A stretch of DNA of 64,000 bases from Polyangiales bacterium (GTDB taxonomy: Bacteria; Myxococcota_A; Polyangia; Polyangiales; Polyangiaceae). How positions within the stretch are numbered: position 1 is the stretch's first letter; every line of letters starts with the position of its first letter. The notes below the pieces were generated by a model. The model ran no database searches. It was not told where the DNA came from and was given only the letters and a program-made list of their open reading frames with translations. Of the stretch, positions 59,569 to 64,000 are shown piece by piece. The position numbers and the translations under genes were made by a program. Where the stretch lies: positions 32,001 through 96,000 of the forward strand of contig JBBRLQ010000004.1 of assembly GCA_038231275.1 (NCBI GenBank), given 5' to 3'.

Positions 59569-60899
59569 TTGATGGCCGCGATCTTCTTCCCGACGGCGGC
59601 GGCGTCAACCGGTCCTTTGGACTTGAGGGCCTCCTGGTACGCTTTCTTCGCGTCGGCGGGCTGTCCGTCGGCAGAGAGCGCGTCGCCGTACGCGACCCAC
59701 GCGGGGCCCCACGTCGGGAAATCCTGGGTCGCCTTCATCCCGAACGCGCGCGCGCTCGTGAAGCGACCGGCCTTCTTGCACTCTTCGGCGGCGCGGACCA
59801 GCGGCGTGGGGTCGGAGTTGTCGAGCCCGTGCGCGGCTTGGTAGGCCTCGAGCGCCAGATCGATCTCGCCCTTCTTCGCCTCGGCGTCGCCGATGAGGAG
59901 CTTGGCGGGCGCCGAGTTCGACACGATATGGAGGGCCGCTTCGCCGGCGCGCACCGCGAGATCGGGCTGATTCTCTGCGAGCACGATGCGCCCGAACGTG
60001 ATGTGCGGTCCGGCGTCGTTCGGATCGCTGCGGATCGCGGCCTCGGCGGCGTGCCGAGCATCGCCGAGGTGCCCGCGCGCGAGCTCGATCTCGGCGAGCT
60101 TCGCCTCGGCTGCTGCGTAGCCGACGCGCTCTTTGGCGGCGTTCGCGAGAAGATGCACGGCCTCATCGGTCGCGCCGAGCGACGCGCCGAGCTCGAAGGA
60201 CGCCTCGGGGCTCGTCGGATCGAGCCGCACCGCCTCGCGCAGGGCGCGCACGGCCCCGTCGCGGTCACCCTCGCCGTTCAGCATGTGGCCGAGGCCCAGG
60301 TGCGCCTCCGCGCGATCCGCCTTCCACGCGATCGCCTCTTTGTAGAGCGCCTCGGCGTCCTTGAGCTTTCCTTCGAGCTCGCGCGCGCTCGCCTCGGCCA
60401 CCTTGGCCTCGTACGCGCCCCGCGATCCGCCGTGCTTGTCCGCGTCGCCCGCCAATGCGAGGACCGTCTCCACGAGCGCCTCGCTCGCGCGCCGCCACGA
60501 CAAGTGCGCCTCTGCCGCGCATGCGTGGCCCGGACGCGCGCCGCCGGGGAGCGCGCCGATCACTTTGCACTGAACCATCGCCGGGCCGAAATCGCCGCGC
60601 GCCAGGAGCGTCCGCGCGAGCTCCCAGTGCAAATCGATCCCGAGGCTCTGTCCGGGCACCGCGCGCGTCTGGTTGACGCCACGCCGGAGCTCCTCGAGCG
60701 CCTCCTTCGTCTTGCCGGCCCGACGAAATGCGCGACCGAGCGCGAGCGACGAGGCGCCGTCAGCGGGCTGCGCCTTGGCGGCGGCCTTGAGCGCGTCGAG
60801 CTGCGAGAGCTGGGCGCGCGCGCGGCGCGGCACGAGGGTCGCCTGGGTCGCCACGAGCAGCGCGAGCGCCGCCATCCACGGGAAACGTGTAGAGCGCAT
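59565..60899 (-). CDS. exported tetratricopeptide-repeat protein
   Basis: Signal peptide ending ARA-Q and many TPR motifs (AHLGLG, EAVRLDP, AWVAYGDAL). ATG chosen at 60899. Confidence 0.82.
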   Translation of the reverse strand: MRSTRFPWMAALALLVATQATLVPRRARAQLSQLDALKAAAKAQPADGASSLALGRAFRRAGKTKEALEELRRGVNQTRAVPGQSLGIDLHWELARTLLARGDFGPAMVQCKVIGALPGGARPGHACAAEAHLSWRRASEALVETVLALAGDADKHGGSRGAYEAKVAEASARELEGKLKDAEALYKEAIAWKADRAEAHLGLGHMLNGEGDRDGAVRALREAVRLDPTSPEASFELGASLGATDEAVHLLANAAKERVGYAAAEAKLAEIELARGHLGDARHAAEAAIRSDPNDAGPHITFGRIVLAENQPDLAVRAGEAALHIVSNSAPAKLLIGDAEAKKGEIDLALEAYQAAHGLDNSDPTPLVRAAEECKKAGRFTSARAFGMKATQDFPTWGPAWVAYGDALSADGQPADAKKAYQEALKSKGPVDAAAVGKKIAAIK

Positions 60900-60907
60900 G
60901 GTTCTCT

Positions 60908-62005
60908 CTACGGTTTTTCTAGCACACCCGCGGCGCGAAGCCTCGCCGCCGCCCACGCCGCCGCCTCCCTGACGACGGCGGACGGGTGGTGCAGGGAGGC
61001 CTCGTCGAGGCAAGGCAGCGCCGCAGGATCCCCCTTGTTTCCGAGCACGATCGCGGCGTTTCGCGCTAGGCCGTCGGCGGTCGCCCGGTGCACGGGGCTC
61101 CCTTCCGAGACGCGTGCCCACGCCTCGTCACCAGGAACGAGCGCGTCGGTGAGGCGGAGCGTCGACCACCGCGGGTGAGGCGCGAATCGCTCACTCGACG
61201 TTCGATCGGTCTGGTTGAACGGGCAGACGGTCTGGCAGTCGTCGCAGCCGAAGAGGTGCTCGCCGACGCCCTCGCGCAGGTCCTCCGGGATCGGCCCGCG
61301 CTGCTCGATCGTCAGGTAGGAGACGCATCGCCGCGCGTCGAGGACGAAGGGACGCACGAACGCGCCCGTGGGACACGCGTCGAGGCACCTCGTGCACGCG
61401 CCGCAGCGCTCGGCGATCGGGGTGTCGGGCGTGAGGGCCAGGGTGGTGACCACCTCGCCGAGCAGGAGCAACGAGCCCTGGCCGGGCACGATGAGCAGGC
61501 CGTTTTTTCCGACGAACCCCAGTCCCGCGCGCGCCGCCCACGCGCGCTCCAGGATCGGCGCGTCGTCGACGAGGGGCCGAGCCTGGACCGGTGCGTCCTC
61601 CGTGCCGAGGCGACGAACGAAGGCCGCGAGCTGGCGGAGCTTCTTGCGGAGGCCGTTGTGGTAATCGCGGCCGCGTGCGTAGCGCGCGATCGTGCGCGCC
61701 ATCTCCGGATCGGCGGCCTCGTCGGCGCGAGACCGTGAATAGCGGCGCGCGACGCAGACGACGCTGCGCGCGCCCTCGAGGATGTCCGCGGTGTCGACGC
61801 GGCGGCGCGCGGGCCCGTCGGCCGCGAGCCACGACATGTCACCGTGCATCCCCTCCGCGACGAAGGCCTCGTAGCGGGCGAAGTCGTCGCCCAGCGGCTC
61901 GTCGGCGCGGGCCACGCCCACCGCGTCGAATCCGTAGGCGAGCGCCGCCTCGCGCACGCGCGCGTCGAGGCTCCCCGGCGGCCAAGATTTGGATTTTACG
62001 CTCAT
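60908..62005 (-). CDS. queG: epoxyqueuosine reductase
   Basis: IARYARGRDYH, ERAWAARAGLGFVGKN, CGACTRCLDACPTGA and FGCDDCQTVCPFN. Confidence 0.96.
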   Translation of the reverse strand: MSVKSKSWPPGSLDARVREAALAYGFDAVGVARADEPLGDDFARYEAFVAEGMHGDMSWLAADGPARRRVDTADILEGARSVVCVARRYSRSRADEAADPEMARTIARYARGRDYHNGLRKKLRQLAAFVRRLGTEDAPVQARPLVDDAPILERAWAARAGLGFVGKNGLLIVPGQGSLLLLGEVVTTLALTPDTPIAERCGACTRCLDACPTGAFVRPFVLDARRCVSYLTIEQRGPIPEDLREGVGEHLFGCDDCQTVCPFNQTDRTSSERFAPHPRWSTLRLTDALVPGDEAWARVSEGSPVHRATADGLARNAAIVLGNKGDPAALPCLDEASLHHPSAVVREAAAWAAARLRAAGVLEKP

Positions 62006-62097
62006 TTCGGGGTGAACGAGGCCGGCGTCCTTTGTAGCGGCTTTGAGACGCGGACCGCGGGGCTCCGCCGTCTCGTTTGAGCTAGTGTACCGCGCCC

Positions 62098-63240
62098 ATG
62101 AAGACCTTGGCCTTCTCGACCCTCGCGCGCTCCTCCTTCTTCTTGTTCTCGCTCTCCGCGGCCTCCAGCAGCTGCAGCAGCACGAAGCCGAGCGTCGCGG
62201 CCGGGGACGGCGGGGCGAGCGTCACGTGCGCGGCGCCCCCCGCGCTCACGCAGGCGGAGTTCTGCAGCACCTGCTCGTTCTCGAGCGGCGCGAACCCTGC
62301 CACCTGCAAGGACAACCGCCCCGTCAACGCGTGCTGCTCGTGGGTGCAGGCGCCGAAGCAAGAGGCGCAGCGCGGCGTGGGCCTGCACTACTTCGGCGCC
62401 ACCGACGGCGCGACGACGCCGAACCTCGACTGCCTCACGAACCCGGTCGCCCTTGGGACCTCGAAGCTCGTCAAGCTCACCGGCTTCGTGAAGCTCTTCT
62501 CCAGCGGCAACGACTCGGCGGGCGTGAAGGTCGAGATCTTCAAGGAAGGCGCGAACGGCGCCCTCGGCGACGCGGTCGGCACGGCGTACGTGACGTCGAG
62601 CGACGACGCGAAGGATCCGCCGCAGATGCCGCTCCCGACCTGGTCGAGCAAGTGCCCGACCGACGGCTGCAAGCTCCGCTCGTACACCTACGACGGCGTC
62701 CCCACCGAGACGCCCCTCATCGTGAAGACGAGCGATGCAACCGCCACGGGCACGACCTGGAGCGAACTCTACGACTACAACATCTACATCGCCAACTCGA
62801 TCGTCGACGGCTCCGGCGTCGCGCAGTACGACCCGTCGGCGGTCGCGGCCCCCGACGTGAACACCGTCGCGTCGGCGGCAGGCGGCTTCACCGTCAAGCC
62901 CGACAAGGGCGTCCTCGCCGGCGAGGTCCACGACTGCGGGGACGTCCGCCTGTCCGGCGCGATGGTCGACACCGATCTGCCGCACGAAGGCGAGATGTTC
63001 TACTTCAACGACGTCGAGGCGAACCCGCTCCCCGACAAGACGCGCGCGCCGCAGGGCCTCGGCACCAGCAAGCTCGGCCTCTTCGGCGCGCTCAACATCG
63101 AGACCGGCAAGCCGATGCGCATCAGCGCGGTCGTGAAGAGCGGCGGCAAGGATCTTCTCCTCGGCACGTACACCGTGCAGCTCTTCCCCGGCGCGATCAC
63201 CGCGCTGTCCTTCCGCGGGCGCCGCCCGTGGCAGAAGTAG
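62098..63240 (+). CDS. hypothetical lipoprotein
   Basis: Lipobox-like SSSC, Cys-containing N-terminal part, two beta-sandwich-like regions and host-like codon usage. Confidence 0.75.
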   Translation: MKTLAFSTLARSSFFLFSLSAASSSCSSTKPSVAAGDGGASVTCAAPPALTQAEFCSTCSFSSGANPATCKDNRPVNACCSWVQAPKQEAQRGVGLHYFGATDGATTPNLDCLTNPVALGTSKLVKLTGFVKLFSSGNDSAGVKVEIFKEGANGALGDAVGTAYVTSSDDAKDPPQMPLPTWSSKCPTDGCKLRSYTYDGVPTETPLIVKTSDATATGTTWSELYDYNIYIANSIVDGSGVAQYDPSAVAAPDVNTVASAAGGFTVKPDKGVLAGEVHDCGDVRLSGAMVDTDLPHEGEMFYFNDVEANPLPDKTRAPQGLGTSKLGLFGALNIETGKPMRISAVVKSGGKDLLLGTYTVQLFPGAITALSFRGRRPWQK

Positions 63241-63893
63241 AGGACGCGCTCTTCGGCGGGAAGATCCGGCTTCATCAGCCGGCGCGCGGCGATGGCTATC
63301 GGGTCAACGTCGACGCGCTGCACCTCGCGGCCTTCGCGGGCGTGCGTCACGCGCGCGTCGCGGTGGATCTCGGTGCCGGCGTCGGCGCGGTGTCGCTCGC
63401 GCTCCTCCACGCGGGCGCCGTCGATCGCGTCGTGCTCGTCGAGATCGATCAAGTCGCGGCCGATCTCGCGCGCAAGAATTTGAACGAGAACGGCTGGGCG
63501 GCGCGGGCCGAGGTCTTATGTGCCGACGTCGCGCGCGCCGCGCACGATCACGGCGGACATGCGCCGCTTGTCGTATGCAACCCTCCCTATTTCGCGCCGG
63601 GACGCGGGAAGGCCGCGACGCACCCCGCCCGCGCGCGTGCCCGGAGCGGAGAACTGCGCGCGTTCGCGGCCGCGGCGCGCGCATTCTTGGGGCGACGCGG
63701 CCGCGCCTGCTTCGTGTATCCGGCGGACGAGCTCCTCGCGCTCGCCGGCGCGCTGCGCGACGTGGGCCTCGAACCGAAACGACTGCGCGCGGTCCACGGC
63801 TCGAAAGGGCGACCGGCGCGGATCGTCCTCGTGGAGGCGCAGCCTGCCAAGCCAGGCGGCCTCATCGTCGAGGCGCCGCTGTTCGAGGGTTAG
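63228..63893 (+). CDS. SAM-dependent N6-adenine methyltransferase (tRNA1(Val) m6A37 / YfiC-like)
   Basis: GYRVNVDALHLA, VDLGAGVG, LVEID, VVCNPPYF and LEPKRLRAVH. The GTG start overlaps the upstream gene end. Confidence 0.85.
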   Translation: MAEVEDALFGGKIRLHQPARGDGYRVNVDALHLAAFAGVRHARVAVDLGAGVGAVSLALLHAGAVDRVVLVEIDQVAADLARKNLNENGWAARAEVLCADVARAAHDHGGHAPLVVCNPPYFAPGRGKAATHPARARARSGELRAFAAAARAFLGRRGRACFVYPADELLALAGALRDVGLEPKRLRAVHGSKGRPARIVLVEAQPAKPGGLIVEAPLFEG

Positions 63894-64000
63894 ACAGACC
63901 TAGAGAGACCCGCCTTCGAGCGCAGGGCCGTCAACGTCACGCCGTCGCGACGTGAAGCCAACTTCACAACCTGCCCGAGGACACGCGAATATCAGGGAAT

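Noticed and set aside
63894-64000. Possible gene end or promoter at the right edge
   Set aside because: Too short and truncated to support any call.

Overview
GC-rich (about 70% by eye) chromosomal window, most consistent with a myxobacterium of the Polyangiaceae/Sorangiineae. This is inferred from a CdbA-like RHH protein, an AgmX/PglI-type protein, many Cys-rich lipoproteins with D-[AG]-G linkers, and S-[IV]-P-P tails. Core genes are rluB, lepA, parC-parE, bamA, gyrA-nth, meaB, queG, an M16 peptidase pair, a biotin carboxylase and a tRNA-type methyltransferase. Two complete heavy-metal-type RND efflux systems sit in tandem, split by an inverted crotonase gene. Two accessory stretches (about 35-45 kb and 48-55 kb) are rich in lipoproteins and small regulators. 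I found no rRNA, tRNA, CRISPR array, integrase or transposase. The best non-obvious signals are: (i) an ECF sigma/anti-sigma/dual-DUF4097 module driven by mirror-image back-to-back promoters sharing a palindromic -35 region; (ii) a stand-alone ClpX-type zinc-finger-HTH gene whose -35 and -10 each lie inside a copy of a tandem palindromic operator; (iii) a pair of lipoproteins built from Dx[DN]xDG hairpin repeats divergent from cdbA-lepA; (iv) a SUKH/SMI1-propeller fusion heading an M16 peptidase operon; (v) several deletion scars (half ferritin-like gene, orphan DAG tail, 16-codon coupling ORF); (vi) an endonuclease III with its catalytic Asp replaced by Tyr. All calls come from reading the sequence and motifs; no database searches were run.
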